Notes: a model not told the origin generated them from the sequence alone. DNA of 64,000 nt from Nibribacter koreensis (GCF_039541795.1 NZ_BAABGX010000002.1:7808-71807); one strand, 5' to 3'; counted from the stretch's first letter, positions 28,680-38,385 are shown. Numbers and translations: made by a program.

Positions 28680-28765
28680 ACTGTTTAATTAAGAATTCAA
28701 TATTCAATTTTACTTTATCCTGAGGCTCAATATCGAGTCAATGGAATAAGGCGCGTAGCCTCTAC

Positions 28766-29341
28766 CTACTTTCTCGTTTTATAAGAGATGAGTGAAAATA
28801 TTTCAGGATTCTGGCTTGAGCATTTTATCGTCACACTATCACCTATTGAGAGGTTTTTATCATTCCAAATTTCCTGATGATACTGTTTTCCAGATAATGT
28901 ATATTGAAATACTGCGTACTCCCTGCTGTTTCGACCCGTCTTCATGTAAATAGTTTCTACTTTTCCAGATACCACCTCGCCATATTTCTCCAATTGTCCA
29001 TTTTGGTAAAAGGTAGAAATTGCAAAAAGTGAGAAAAACATTAGGAAAAGGAGTATAACGCCCAACAATACATTACTAATTCTACCCCATCTACTATCAG
29101 GAAAAACTTGAAGGCGCCATACACCGAACCCTATAGTACTTATCATCACTAGACCAATGGCCATTTTTGGAAGGACACTGTCGTATGTATGAGAATAAAA
29201 TACATGTAAGAGAACACCAATAACAAACGCCAAAGCTAATCCCCACGCAATCAATCGGTTTTGAGAAGCCTCGCGGGCTTTTATCATTTCTCTTACTCGC
29301 CTAATTTGGTCAGCGGATGGTCGCTTAGTTTGTGGGCTCAC
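28766..29341 (-). CDS. DUF3592-like membrane protein (paralog 1)
   Basis: Three to four N-terminal TM helices plus a C-terminal beta-rich domain 'EKYGEVVSGKVETIYMKTGRNSREYAVFQYTLSGKQYHQE...IKCSSQNPEIFSLI'. It is a paralog of the adjacent gene. Confidence 0.55.
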   Translation of the reverse strand: MSPQTKRPSADQIRRVREMIKAREASQNRLIAWGLALAFVIGVLLHVFYSHTYDSVLPKMAIGLVMISTIGFGVWRLQVFPDSRWGRISNVLLGVILLFLMFFSLFAISTFYQNGQLEKYGEVVSGKVETIYMKTGRNSREYAVFQYTLSGKQYHQEIWNDKNLSIGDSVTIKCSSQNPEIFSLISYKTRK

Positions 29342-29403
29342 TTTAATGATCAGTTTTTAACTTATTGTTTAAAACTTCCTAGCATATGGCTTGAACTAAA
29401 AGT

Positions 29404-29946
29404 TTAATACAGATTATTCTCTTGAGGGAAGACCATAGTAAACAATTCAGGATCTTGACTTGAGCACCTCAATTGGATTCTTTCGCCAATTTTGAGATGG
29501 TATTTCTCATTATTCACTTCCTGCACATACCTTTTAGTATTTATATAGTAGTGAATCACAGCTGTTTCAGTGGTGGATTTATAACCTCGTTTCAAATAGA
29601 TCAAATCTACTTCCCCATTGGCAGAAACACCATATTTCTCTAACTGATAGCTTTCATAAGCATCTTGCCCCTGGATCAACCCAAAGAAAAAAACTGCATA
29701 AATCAGAAGACCTATCCAATAATTAGCAAACCTATTCCACTTTGATTTGGGAATGACATAAAACCAAGAGTAATGCACAGCAGCAATACTCCCAATCGGA
29801 AACCAAATACCCAAGTCAGTTATATAACTGTCATAATGGTAAGCATGAAAAACAAACAAGTAGACACCAACAAAAAACGATGGAATGGCTACCCACGTGG
29901 CAACTACTCGTCCATCTATTGATCTACTTCTGGGTTTGCTTCTCAA
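29404..29946 (-). CDS. DUF3592-like membrane protein (paralog 2)
   Basis: Same architecture as paralog 1. The C-terminal segment 'EKYGVSANGEVDLIYLKRGYKSTTETAVIHYYINTKRYVQE...LRCSSQDPELFTMV' aligns with the neighbour. Confidence 0.55.
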   Translation of the reverse strand: MRSKPRSRSIDGRVVATWVAIPSFFVGVYLFVFHAYHYDSYITDLGIWFPIGSIAAVHYSWFYVIPKSKWNRFANYWIGLLIYAVFFFGLIQGQDAYESYQLEKYGVSANGEVDLIYLKRGYKSTTETAVIHYYINTKRYVQEVNNEKYHLKIGERIQLRCSSQDPELFTMVFPQENNLY

Positions 29947-29985
29947 TCTGTTTAATTACCGTTACTACCTACTGCAACGCCCCCC

Positions 29986-30666
29986 TTAGTTCTTCAACTG
30001 GGCAAGTTGTTGTTTCAGTTCTTCTACCTTATTGGCCTCAGACTGCTGGTCACGTTTAAGTTTGATTTCTTTCTCGCGGGCGGCCTGCTTGTAGTTTTTG
30101 AATTCTTCGCTTACTTCTTCAAAGGCGTCTATCTTCTCCTGGGCCTCGGCGTTGCTTTTCTTGTACATGACAGCAAAAACCGCCGCTAATACGCCTAAAC
30201 CTAGAATGATGCCCAAGCTCAGCCACACGTACACTTGCTTGTCCATGTCAAGGCCCAGCACAGAAAGGCTGGCTACGTCATGGGCGCCTTGCTGAATCTG
30301 CTGCTCTTTCTTGGCGTTCTCCTGCTGTAAGGCCACTACCTTCGCTTTCTGGTCGGCTAGCTCTTGTTGCGTTTTGGCCAGGGCCACGGCGGTTTCTTTG
30401 CCTGCATTCTTGATGCTCTGTTCCCTTACCCGTAAAGTGTCCTGAACGCTTTTAGATAAGGCATCAAAACTGCTTTCCCGCACTACTCTATAGGCCTGGC
30501 CGTTTTCTGAGTAAGAAGAAGACCTGAACTTTAAGGAGTTGAACTGTTGTGGCAAGGTATAGGCGGCCCGGTTTTTGGCCGGCGCGGCAGGTTTGGCTGG
30601 AGCTTGCGCCATGGCAGATGTCAAGACCGAAGCACTAAACAAAAGGGAAAGGGTAAGAGCTTTCAT
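29986..30666 (-). CDS. Secreted/bitopic coiled-coil protein, hypothetical
   Basis: Signal peptide MKALTLSLLFSASVLTSAMAQA. Q/K/E-rich coiled coil on either side of a TM helix 'VWLSLGIILGLGVLAAVFAVMY'. Confidence 0.5.
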   Translation of the reverse strand: MKALTLSLLFSASVLTSAMAQAPAKPAAPAKNRAAYTLPQQFNSLKFRSSSYSENGQAYRVVRESSFDALSKSVQDTLRVREQSIKNAGKETAVALAKTQQELADQKAKVVALQQENAKKEQQIQQGAHDVASLSVLGLDMDKQVYVWLSLGIILGLGVLAAVFAVMYKKSNAEAQEKIDAFEEVSEEFKNYKQAAREKEIKLKRDQQSEANKVEELKQQLAQLKN

Positions 30667-30807
30667 GGGGATAAAATCAAAGTCAAAAAATATTACCTCT
30701 GAAAATAAAGCTACTGATTTCCGGTGAAGGGTAAAAGCATACGCCCACTCTTCTCAGGTTTTTCAAATTTTTTTCCAGGGTAATACCATTCACAACGACC
30801 GCTCCCC

Positions 30808-30845
30808 CGCTTTTAGCCTCTTTTCCTGAAAATAAGCCAAAAACG
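30808..30845. repeat. 38-bp intergenic palindromic element
   Basis: cgcttttagcctcttttcctgaaaataagccaaaaacg. Confidence 0.7.
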
Positions 30846-30914
30846 ATTCTTCCCTCAAGCCTCCTTCCTGCGCCTCCTCTCACTTGGAGAAGAGGCGCTT
30901 AGAAAGAGTTTTCT

Positions 30915-33086
30915 TTAGTTTAAGGTATACACCGGCTTGTCACCAAGACCCAGGGCCGTGGCCGTAGACGTCAGTTCCTTGAGCGTGTTGGCCGTGGCGT
31001 CATCCAGGGTCTTCTGTTGCATCATCTTCAAGAGCAGGGCAGAAACGCTTAGGTTACGCACATCTTCGGTGTCCATGCCAAACTGCGTGATGAAGCGCTG
31101 TAGGTTGGCTTTGAAGTCAATGTGGCCGTTGCCGTCCTTCTGGAAGAAGGCTTCTTTCACGGTACCCAGCACTTCGCTGTTGGTCACCAGGCGGTCTACC
31201 TGCTTGCCCTTGGTGATGGAGCCTACTATCTGATCAAAGAACATGGTCTCACCGCCTACAATGTCAATCTTGGCAGCTTTGAGGGCCTCAGAAATCACGC
31301 TGGCCTGGGCCGCGGCAATCTCTTTCTGGATGTCAATGTGGGCCAGTTCAATGGCTTTGTCTTTCTCCAGGCGTAGCTTGAACTCTTCGTGCTCTTTGCC
31401 TACGCCGTCCAGTTTCTTCATGGCGTCTGCCTTCTCTTCAATGCCTTTGGCTTCTACGGTGAACTTCTCTCCGCTTACACGGGCTTCCGCTAAACCGCGC
31501 TTCTCCTCGGCAGAGGCCAGGTTGGCGATGATAGAAGCGTCTGCCAAGCCTTTCTCCTGGGTTACTTTGGCGGCTACCATTCCTAGTTTCTCGTCGGCTT
31601 CGGCTTGGGCCTCTGCTTGAACTTTGGTGGCTTTAGCGGTGGCTATGGCCTGGCGCTCGGTTACGTTGGCTTCGGCCTCGCCTTCTTTCTGACGGGCGGC
31701 GGCTTTGGCTTCCATTACCTGGGCTTCAGACAAACCAACGGCGGCGGCTTGCGTGGCCTCGGCTTCAGCCATTACTTTGATGGCTTGGGCGCGGTTGATG
31801 GAAGAGGTCTTCTCGGCTTCGGCGTCAATCAACAACTGCTCAGCTCTAAACTCAGCGGCGGCTTTGGCAGCCTCAGCACCTTTGATCTCTTTCACCAGGG
31901 CTTCTTCGGCTTCCATAGTGGCCGTCGTGATGGCGACAGATTTGATACGCTCGGCTTCGGCGAAGGCTTTGGTGTCTTTGATTTTCTCTTCTTCCTCTAC
32001 CACCGCTTTCTCTACTACCACGCGCTCTTTGATGATGGCCTGGATGTTCTTACGCTCTTCTTCTACGGCTTTATCTTTCTCAATCTGAGCCAGAGCCACA
32101 ATGCGTTGCATTTCGTTTTCTTCTAACAGCTTAGCTTGCTCTACGCGTACCGTTTCAATGGCATCTGTACGTTGCTTGCTACGCTCGGCCACCAAAATCT
32201 GGCGGTCACGGTTCTGTTCTGATATCTGCACTTCTTCATCGGTGGCAATGCGGGCTCTTTCTGAGATCATGCGTTGCTCCTGGGTTACTTTCTCAATCTC
32301 GGCAGATTCTCTGGCTTTGATGGAGGCAATCTCGCGGCGTTGCTTTTCCTGGTTCTCGGCTAGTTGCTTTTCCAGCTCCAGAATAGTCTCTTGCGCTTCT
32401 ACGTTTTGCTTTTTGATGGTCTTCTCGCGCTCGCGTTCAATCAGGTTGGCCTGTACTTTCTGCTTGGCAGTCAGGTCAATGATCTTCTTGATACCTTCGG
32501 CGTCCAGGATGTTGTTCTCATTGAGGCTAGAAAGCGGCGTCTGCTCTAAGTAATCAATGGCACAGTCATCCAAAATATAACCGTTCAAGTCTGTTCCAAT
32601 GGTGGCCAAGATCTGGCGCTTGAACTCGTCGCGGCTTTGGTACAGGTCCACGAAGTCAAAATGCTTGCCCACGGTCTTCAAGGCTTCTGAGAACTTGGCA
32701 TCAAAAAGGCTCTCTAAGGCCATTGGGTCTGAGGCGCGCTTACAGCCAATGGACTGCGCCACGTTCACCACGTCCTCGGCGGTTTTATTCACGCGCACAA
32801 AGAAGTTCACTTTGATGTCGGCGCGCAGGTTGTCTTTACAGATCAAGCCTTCTGTGCCGGTGCGGGCAATGACAATGGTTTTGAGGGTGATGTCCATCAT
32901 TTCCAGCTTGTGGATGATGGGCACCACGAAGATGCCGGAGAAGGATACTTTGGTATCGCCCATACCGGTACGCACCATGGCTTCGCCCTGAATGGCCTTG
33001 CGGTACATCTTTATGATGACAATAAAGAGCCCGAAGACAATCACCGCCAGCATGATGGTGGTGGCTAGAGTAAGAGATTGAAACAT
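30915..33086 (-). CDS. yqiK: Flotillin-family SPFH/band-7 protein (YqiK-like) with extended E/A-rich coiled-coil tail
   Basis: N-terminal TM helix, then an SPFH domain ('GEAMVRTGMGDTKVSFSGIFVVPIIHKLEMMDITLKTI...'), then a very long EA-repeat coiled coil. Confidence 0.8.
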   Translation of the reverse strand: MFQSLTLATTIMLAVIVFGLFIVIIKMYRKAIQGEAMVRTGMGDTKVSFSGIFVVPIIHKLEMMDITLKTIVIARTGTEGLICKDNLRADIKVNFFVRVNKTAEDVVNVAQSIGCKRASDPMALESLFDAKFSEALKTVGKHFDFVDLYQSRDEFKRQILATIGTDLNGYILDDCAIDYLEQTPLSSLNENNILDAEGIKKIIDLTAKQKVQANLIEREREKTIKKQNVEAQETILELEKQLAENQEKQRREIASIKARESAEIEKVTQEQRMISERARIATDEEVQISEQNRDRQILVAERSKQRTDAIETVRVEQAKLLEENEMQRIVALAQIEKDKAVEEERKNIQAIIKERVVVEKAVVEEEEKIKDTKAFAEAERIKSVAITTATMEAEEALVKEIKGAEAAKAAAEFRAEQLLIDAEAEKTSSINRAQAIKVMAEAEATQAAAVGLSEAQVMEAKAAARQKEGEAEANVTERQAIATAKATKVQAEAQAEADEKLGMVAAKVTQEKGLADASIIANLASAEEKRGLAEARVSGEKFTVEAKGIEEKADAMKKLDGVGKEHEEFKLRLEKDKAIELAHIDIQKEIAAAQASVISEALKAAKIDIVGGETMFFDQIVGSITKGKQVDRLVTNSEVLGTVKEAFFQKDGNGHIDFKANLQRFITQFGMDTEDVRNLSVSALLLKMMQQKTLDDATANTLKELTSTATALGLGDKPVYTLN

Positions 33087-33098
33087 AAGCTTGATTAA

Positions 33099-33719
33099 TT
33101 AAAGGGATTCAAAAGGTTCTATTAAATACAGTTGGTTTTCGGGGAGGTAATCTATGACCAAGGCGGTTTCGCCTTTCTTGGCAAGATGGCCTTGGGTAGT
33201 TTTGACGTTGAGCAACAGCGGCGAGCCTTTGGTTTTGACCGAGGCCTGCCCTACCTGGTCTTCATTGGCAGGTAATAGAATGGTGCACAGTTGGCCAATC
33301 ACGTTCATTTTGGGCGCTTCCTCGGTTTCCATGACCGTGAACAACTTCACGAAAGGCCAGGTAAGCAACTTAGCCAGAAACAAGCACACAAACCCAATGG
33401 GAAATAGTAGCAATACTCCCAACCAGCTGTCCTGTGTGCCCAAGGTATGGTTCACGCCCACGCTCAAGGCCCAAAACGGCAGCGCGAAGAATGACAGAAA
33501 AAACATGAGCGGCAGGCGGCCCAGGTTAAAGAAGGCCAGAGCCGAGTTCAACCAGGCAATGGAGGCAATTCCGTCAGCGTCCGCGTCTAAGTCAATGTCC
33601 AGAGAGCTAATGTCCAGCAGGCCTACAATCACAATGACCCAATAGATAAGGACAAAAAGAAGCAAGCCAGAGGCAAAGGCGTTTGCGCTGGAAAAAGAGG
33701 CTTGTAAAAGTTCAATCAT
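33099..33719 (-). CDS. yqiJ: NfeD-like / YqiJ-family inner-membrane protein with C-terminal OB-fold
   Basis: Four TM helices and a C-terminal beta domain 'GQASVKTKGSPLLLNVKTTQGHLAKKGETALVID'. It sits directly upstream of the flotillin gene, which is the conserved NfeD-flotillin pairing. Confidence 0.7.
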   Translation of the reverse strand: MIELLQASFSSANAFASGLLLFVLIYWVIVIVGLLDISSLDIDLDADADGIASIAWLNSALAFFNLGRLPLMFFLSFFALPFWALSVGVNHTLGTQDSWLGVLLLFPIGFVCLFLAKLLTWPFVKLFTVMETEEAPKMNVIGQLCTILLPANEDQVGQASVKTKGSPLLLNVKTTQGHLAKKGETALVIDYLPENQLYLIEPFESL

Positions 33720-34039
33720 ACGCGGGTGGAATCTCTCCTATAAATCTACACATTCTCCTTTGATTCTTCTGGCATTTGAAGCCGACGGACAGAAATAATT
33801 CCTGCCGCCTGCCCTCACAACGCGTTCTGCCCCTTGCGTCTACCTTTATATCAGCAGAACGCCAAAGGTTAGTCAGCATGCTCCTTTTTCTATTTGCACC
33901 GGCGGTACCTTGGCCATCATTTGCATTTCTGCGGGAGTGGTCAACAGCCAAATGCCCATGGCCGCGAAAAACATAAACCCAAGTTTGCCCACCGTTTCTA
34001 GAGTTAAAAGTTAAGAGGAATGAGTTTAGGGTTGGTGGT

Positions 34040-34077
34040 CGTTTTTGGGCTGTTTTCTGGAAAACAGCCCAAAAACG
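34040..34077. repeat. 38-bp intergenic palindromic element, perfect
   Basis: cgtttttgggctgttttctggaaaacagcccaaaaacg. Confidence 0.8.
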
Positions 34078-34081
34078 CTCC

Positions 34082-34828
34082 TTATTCTGCTGGCGTGGCA
34101 GTGGTGGACTGCGGTTCTGACGGCGTGGCAAAGCCTAGCTTGGCTTTAAGAGCCTCTACTTCTTTGGCAGACTTCTGCGCCGAACTGCTTTCCAGCGCCT
34201 TCTCAATCTCCTGGTCAATGGAACGGCTCTCGTTGGCAATCTCTCCATACGACTCGGCCAAGGCTTCTTCTACCGCCACTTTCTCCTTCATGCGCTCCAG
34301 CAGGGCTACCGTACCAGATGAGTCTATCTGCGCCAGTTGCTTGTTGATGGTCTTGGTGGCGTTGCTCACGGTCACCCTGGACTTTAACACGCGCAGTTCA
34401 TTCTCCCATTTGCTGATGGTAGACCTAAGCGTCTTAATGTTGGTGTCCATCTGGGCCACAGATTTCTCAAACTTAGCCTGGTCTTCTTGCGCAGAAGCGG
34501 CCAACGCCGTGTTCTCTTCTTTCTTCACCAGCGCCTCGCCGGCCAGACGATCCGCGTCTGCAGAGCTTAATTCGCCTTTGTGGGCCCGTTGCAAGAGTTG
34601 TACCGCCTTGTTTTCATAATCCTGCGCCTTGGCGCGGTAGGTTTCCACGTCGTTGCGCGACCGGATGGCCATGGACTTAACCTCGGCTAGGCCTCTCAGG
34701 CTTTTGTCCAGGTCTTCTTTCATGTCCCGGATGCCCTGCTCGGTTAACTTGATGGGGTTCTCCAGTTGGTCTACCGCTGAGTGGGCCTCGGCCTGGCCTA
34801 TCTTAAAGATGCGTTTTAAAATATTCAT
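34082..34828 (-). CDS. pspA: PspA/IM30/Vipp1-family protein (phage-shock protein A; bacterial ESCRT-III superfamily)
   Basis: 248 aa. The N-terminus 'MNILKRIFKIGQAEAHSAVDQLENPIKLTEQGIRDMKEDL' matches the PspA pattern (M..F.R......N..LD..EDP....Q.IR.M...L). All-helical coiled coil. Confidence 0.8.
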   Translation of the reverse strand: MNILKRIFKIGQAEAHSAVDQLENPIKLTEQGIRDMKEDLDKSLRGLAEVKSMAIRSRNDVETYRAKAQDYENKAVQLLQRAHKGELSSADADRLAGEALVKKEENTALAASAQEDQAKFEKSVAQMDTNIKTLRSTISKWENELRVLKSRVTVSNATKTINKQLAQIDSSGTVALLERMKEKVAVEEALAESYGEIANESRSIDQEIEKALESSSAQKSAKEVEALKAKLGFATPSEPQSTTATPAE

Positions 34829-34839
34829 GTGCGTGGTCT

Positions 34840-35238
34840 TTAGTTTTTTGAGAATTGAATGAGTTGGTCTGAGTATTCGCTCAGTAAAAGCGCAAGCGAG
34901 TTGAGGGAGGCCTCAATCTCATGAAGGTCCAATCGGGCCATTTGCAGGGTGTCCCTGAAGATGAGCTTCTGCCCGGTCTCATCCAGCACGAAGGCGCCAT
35001 GAATGATGTCCCGGTTTTTCTGGAGCAGGCTTTGGCAGATTTCCACGGTCAGCTGGGGCAGGTCCATCAGGTACTGCTCCATAATAAGGAGCGGGTCTGT
35101 ACAGCCAATAACCAGGTTGGTGATGCCCAAGCTTTCCTTGTCTACCACAAACACGCAGTCTCTGGAGTCTTCCAGCTTAATCTGGAAGTCCAGTTCCAGC
35201 AGGTAATCTTTCACTTTCAGGAAGTAGTTGTTTTCCAT
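34840..35238 (-). CDS. YbjN-like domain protein (putative sensory-transduction regulator fold), hypothetical
   Basis: 132 aa. The start overlaps or abuts the pspA stop. YbjN-family proteins are frequently encoded next to pspA. Confidence 0.45.
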   Translation of the reverse strand: MENNYFLKVKDYLLELDFQIKLEDSRDCVFVVDKESLGITNLVIGCTDPLLIMEQYLMDLPQLTVEICQSLLQKNRDIIHGAFVLDETGQKLIFRDTLQMARLDLHEIEASLNSLALLLSEYSDQLIQFSKN

Positions 35239-35252
35239 AGTATGTCTTTATG

Positions 35253-35465
35253 CTATTGCTCTGTTTCTGAATAGGTAGCAGGCCTTAGATTGTATATCTT
35301 TTGAAATAAAAAATGCACCAGGTAATAGATGAAGCCCCAGATAAGTAAGTCTACCAGAAACTTACCCGTGATAATGCCTTCTTTAAAAACATGATAGTCA
35401 AACCCCAGGGCTGCCTTCACCACTGTCACCAAAATGAAGGTGATGAAAAGCTTGAGTGTATACAC
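35253..35465 (-). CDS. Small two-TM membrane protein, hypothetical
   Basis: 70 aa with two hydrophobic helices. First gene of the minus-strand pspA block. Confidence 0.4.
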   Translation of the reverse strand: MYTLKLFITFILVTVVKAALGFDYHVFKEGIITGKFLVDLLIWGFIYYLVHFLFQKIYNLRPATYSETEQ

Positions 35466-35777
35466 TACTTATTTTACACTCATGTTTTTCTATTTGGGGC
35501 ATTCCCCTACTGCAATCTACACTTTTAACAACTTTTCTCTGGCTGGTCTGTGCTCCTTTTTCCTTGTTTCCTTTTCTGCTCAAAATCCTGACAATGGTTA
35601 TACTTCTCTATTCAATCTCCTAAAAGTGGCTAGTTTCTTAAATTTTGGGGCATTGCTCATATATGTAGCAGCATTTTCAATTATACTCCCTATATTGTCC
35701 CTGTTTGTAGGGCAATTATACTACAAAAAATAGATACGCTCAAAATTGTAGCAGGTTTATTTTTAAAAATATTTTTT

Positions 35778-36572
35778 ATGTCGTGCATCGGGAAGAACAT
35801 AAAGAAAATTAGGACGGTCAAGAATTTGAGCCAGGCCGGTTTCGCGCAACTCTTTGATCTGGCGCGCCCTAGCGTGGGTGCCTATGAAGAAGGCCGCTCT
35901 GAACCTAAGATTGAGACGCTGGTACAGATTGCCCGGCATTTTGGGGTGAGCCTGGACTTAATGATCACAAAGGAACTCACCATCAATGACTTGTATGGGT
36001 TTGACATCTTCAAGCGAGATCTACCCCAAAGCCAACTGCTCAAAAAAGTAGCAGAGCCATCAATCTCTGCTTCCTCTACCGTGTTAGTGACGGCCCAAGC
36101 TTTGCCCGCCTATCTTTCACAGGGACAGGACGCCACGTTTCTCCAATCCCTGCCCGTTATTCAGTTACCTAGCCAGGTGCAGACGCTTCATAGAGCGTTT
36201 GAGCATACCGGTCTAGAGATGGAATACCAGCAGCAAGGCATTTTAGAAGGTGATGTTCTATACGCGGCCTCTGTGCCCTTGAATGCGCATCTTTTACAAC
36301 CGCAAGCCGTGTACGTGGTGGTGACGGCCACCCAAATCGTGACCCGGCGCTACCAGGGGCTGAGCCACCATAACGAGCTGTTTTTAAAGGCGGATAATCC
36401 AGCGTACGAGGTTGCGTTGGTACCCATGGGAGACGTGAAAGAGCTTTGGCAGGTGCAGGGCGTGTATAGTACTCGCTTAACTTTACCCACTCCTATAGAA
36501 ACACGTTTAGCCAAGCTGGAGCACCAGGTACAGGAACTGCAACTGCAAAAGAAAGCAGAGCAGGCAAAGTAA
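35778..36572 (+). CDS. XRE-family HTH regulator with C-terminal S24 (LexA/cI)-like domain
   Basis: N-terminal HTH 'IRTVKNLSQAGFAQLFDLARPSVGAYEEGRSEPKIETLVQIARHFGVSLD'. The C-terminal beta domain resembles the S24 peptidase fold. Confidence 0.65.
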   Translation: MSCIGKNIKKIRTVKNLSQAGFAQLFDLARPSVGAYEEGRSEPKIETLVQIARHFGVSLDLMITKELTINDLYGFDIFKRDLPQSQLLKKVAEPSISASSTVLVTAQALPAYLSQGQDATFLQSLPVIQLPSQVQTLHRAFEHTGLEMEYQQQGILEGDVLYAASVPLNAHLLQPQAVYVVVTATQIVTRRYQGLSHHNELFLKADNPAYEVALVPMGDVKELWQVQGVYSTRLTLPTPIETRLAKLEHQVQELQLQKKAEQAK

Positions 36573-36591
36573 AAGAAACTCATCTCTCTTT

Positions 36592-36630
36592 CCGTTTTTG
36601 GCCTGTTTCCTGGAAAAGAGGCCAAAAACG
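36592..36630. repeat. 38-bp intergenic palindromic element
   Basis: ccgtttttggcctgtttcctggaaaagaggccaaaaacg. Confidence 0.7.
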
Positions 36631-36704
36631 AGTTGGAGTTGCACTTAAATCCCACTTCAACTCTTATCTTCACTTTTCAACTTATCAGCCTTTAGGCCTA
36701 CGCC

Positions 36705-37190
36705 ATGTCTCTGAACTCCTTCTTCTCTCCCTCTTCTACTAAAATAAAGAACGGCGTCTATTTCAGTCCCGGTGAAGAGTGCCTGAACGCCATCATCTCT
36801 TTTATTCTGGCGGCCAACGCCTCCTTGAAAATCTGCGTGTTCACCATTTCTGATGACCGCATTACCCGGGCTATTTTGCAGGCCTACCAGAGAGGCATTG
36901 CCGTAGAACTGCTCACGGACAATGAGAAGCTGTTTGACAAGGGCTCAGACATCAGGGAGCTGGCCATGGCGGGGATTGAGATTAGAGTAGACAATACGCC
37001 CAACCACATGCACCATAAATATGCGGTCATTGACCAGAAGCACGTGCTCACGGGCAGTTACAACTGGACCAGAAGCGCCGCGCTCTACAACCATGAGAAC
37101 GTGCTGGTCTCCTCAGACCCGCAACTGGTAAAGCCTTACTTAATAGAGTTTGACACGCTATGGGCAGAGATGGTGGCCTTTGAAGGCTAA
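36705..37190 (+). CDS. Single-HKD phospholipase-D-superfamily nuclease (Nuc-like)
   Basis: 161 aa. HKD motif 'HHKYAVIDQKHVLTGSYNWTRSA' (HxKx4Dx6GSxN). The size matches Nuc-type dimeric endonucleases. Confidence 0.75.
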   Translation: MSLNSFFSPSSTKIKNGVYFSPGEECLNAIISFILAANASLKICVFTISDDRITRAILQAYQRGIAVELLTDNEKLFDKGSDIRELAMAGIEIRVDNTPNHMHHKYAVIDQKHVLTGSYNWTRSAALYNHENVLVSSDPQLVKPYLIEFDTLWAEMVAFEG

Positions 37191-37269
37191 ACCTCAGCCA
37201 TAAACCCAACCTGACTTTTTTCCTCTTCTTTAGACAGAAACCGTAATCGCCGGTCACTTACCCCAGCCC

Positions 37270-37683
37270 ATGCTCACTCTGCTTGACTGCGTCTACCTCA
37301 TTTCCTGTGACTTTTACAAGTCAAGAGAAGCAGATTCTTTTAAGGCGATCGGTGCCGTTATGATGGGTGCCCTTTTCTTGTTTAACCTGTTGTTGCTGGT
37401 ATTTGTGTTTGAGCCATACTATACCAGTAGATGGGGAGAAAACTTTATTTATGCGGCAGCTTTATACAGCACGGCGCTATATGTCTTGGTGCTAATGCCG
37501 GCGCTGTATGTGCGGTATTTTAGAGTCACCAATTATGAAGCGGTGCTGAGAAAACTGCAAGAGATGGCAGAAGGCAAAAAGATACTTTACCTGGTTTTAG
37601 CCCATGGCTATGCGGTCTCTTCGGTGCTCATGTTTTTCACCTATGTTTTCTATAAAGGCGGGCAGGTAAACGGCTGGTGGTAA
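37270..37683 (+). CDS. Hypothetical four-TM membrane protein
   Basis: 137 aa, hydrophobic. No motif recognised. Confidence 0.4.
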   Translation: MLTLLDCVYLISCDFYKSREADSFKAIGAVMMGALFLFNLLLLVFVFEPYYTSRWGENFIYAAALYSTALYVLVLMPALYVRYFRVTNYEAVLRKLQEMAEGKKILYLVLAHGYAVSSVLMFFTYVFYKGGQVNGWW

Positions 37684-37768
37684 TGCCATACATGTTCTAA
37701 CCAGTCTGCCTCTTGGCTTAGGGCCTCTTCTAGTATACTGTCCAGCGGTTGCAACCAATAGAGGCAAC

Positions 37769-37809
37769 CGCGTTTTTGGGCTGTTTCCTGGAAAACAGGT
37801 CAAAAACAG
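37769..37809. repeat. 38-bp intergenic palindromic element
   Basis: cgcgtttttgggctgtttcctggaaaacaggtcaaaaacag. Confidence 0.7.
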
Positions 37810-37875
37810 AAAACCCTTCCGGTTTAAGGGAAGGGCTCTGGTTCATAGTTTTATTTTGGATAGGAACAGGATGCG

Positions 37876-38181
37876 TTACGCTCTCTTGTAAGAGCTGGGG
37901 AGCACATGGTACATGCCAAGTTTTACCGGACCATTCTTAAGCTCAGCAATGGCGGCTTTGGTAATATAGTAACTGGTAAAACTAGCCATGTTGCAACTGG
38001 TCAGGTACCCATGGCACTCCAATACTTTGCAACAGGCTATTACCCGCTCCAGGGGTACGCCAGACATGACACTGATGGTGTCTGGTGACAAGGGTAAATG
38101 AACCGGTGACGGATCTCCCTTCACTAACCTGTATATAGCTTTCAGCACGATATCTTCTTCTCTCATACGGGGGAGGCTCAA
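37876..38181 (-). CDS. Hypothetical protein (possible winged-helix fold)
   Basis: 101-aa ORF. Weak evidence. Confidence 0.3.
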   Translation of the reverse strand: MSLPRMREEDIVLKAIYRLVKGDPSPVHLPLSPDTISVMSGVPLERVIACCKVLECHGYLTSCNMASFTSYYITKAAIAELKNGPVKLGMYHVLPSSYKRA

Positions 38182-38345
38182 CTTATATTTGCCTAGTCTA
38201 AAACGAAACAGAAATCAGGATGTTGCTTAAAAATAGTATTTATACGGATAATTTAAATTCAAAAAACCCTATTTAATGCGTTTCAGGCCCGTTTACGTGT
38301 TTCTCACAAGCCTGACTTTCTTTAAAAATTCATAAAACTAATGGT

Positions 38346-38385
38346 TCGTTTTTGCCCTGATTTCCAGAAAACGGGCCAAAAACGA
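38346..38385. repeat. 38-bp intergenic palindromic element (inverted-loop orientation)
   Basis: tcgtttttgccctgatttccagaaaacgggccaaaaacga. Confidence 0.7.

Noticed and set aside
31605-32553. Plus-strand ORFs of 125-173 aa rich in G/F/L or S/A
   Set aside because: They are antisense to the flotillin EA-repeat coiled-coil region. The repetitive GCN/GAR codons generate long open shadow frames.
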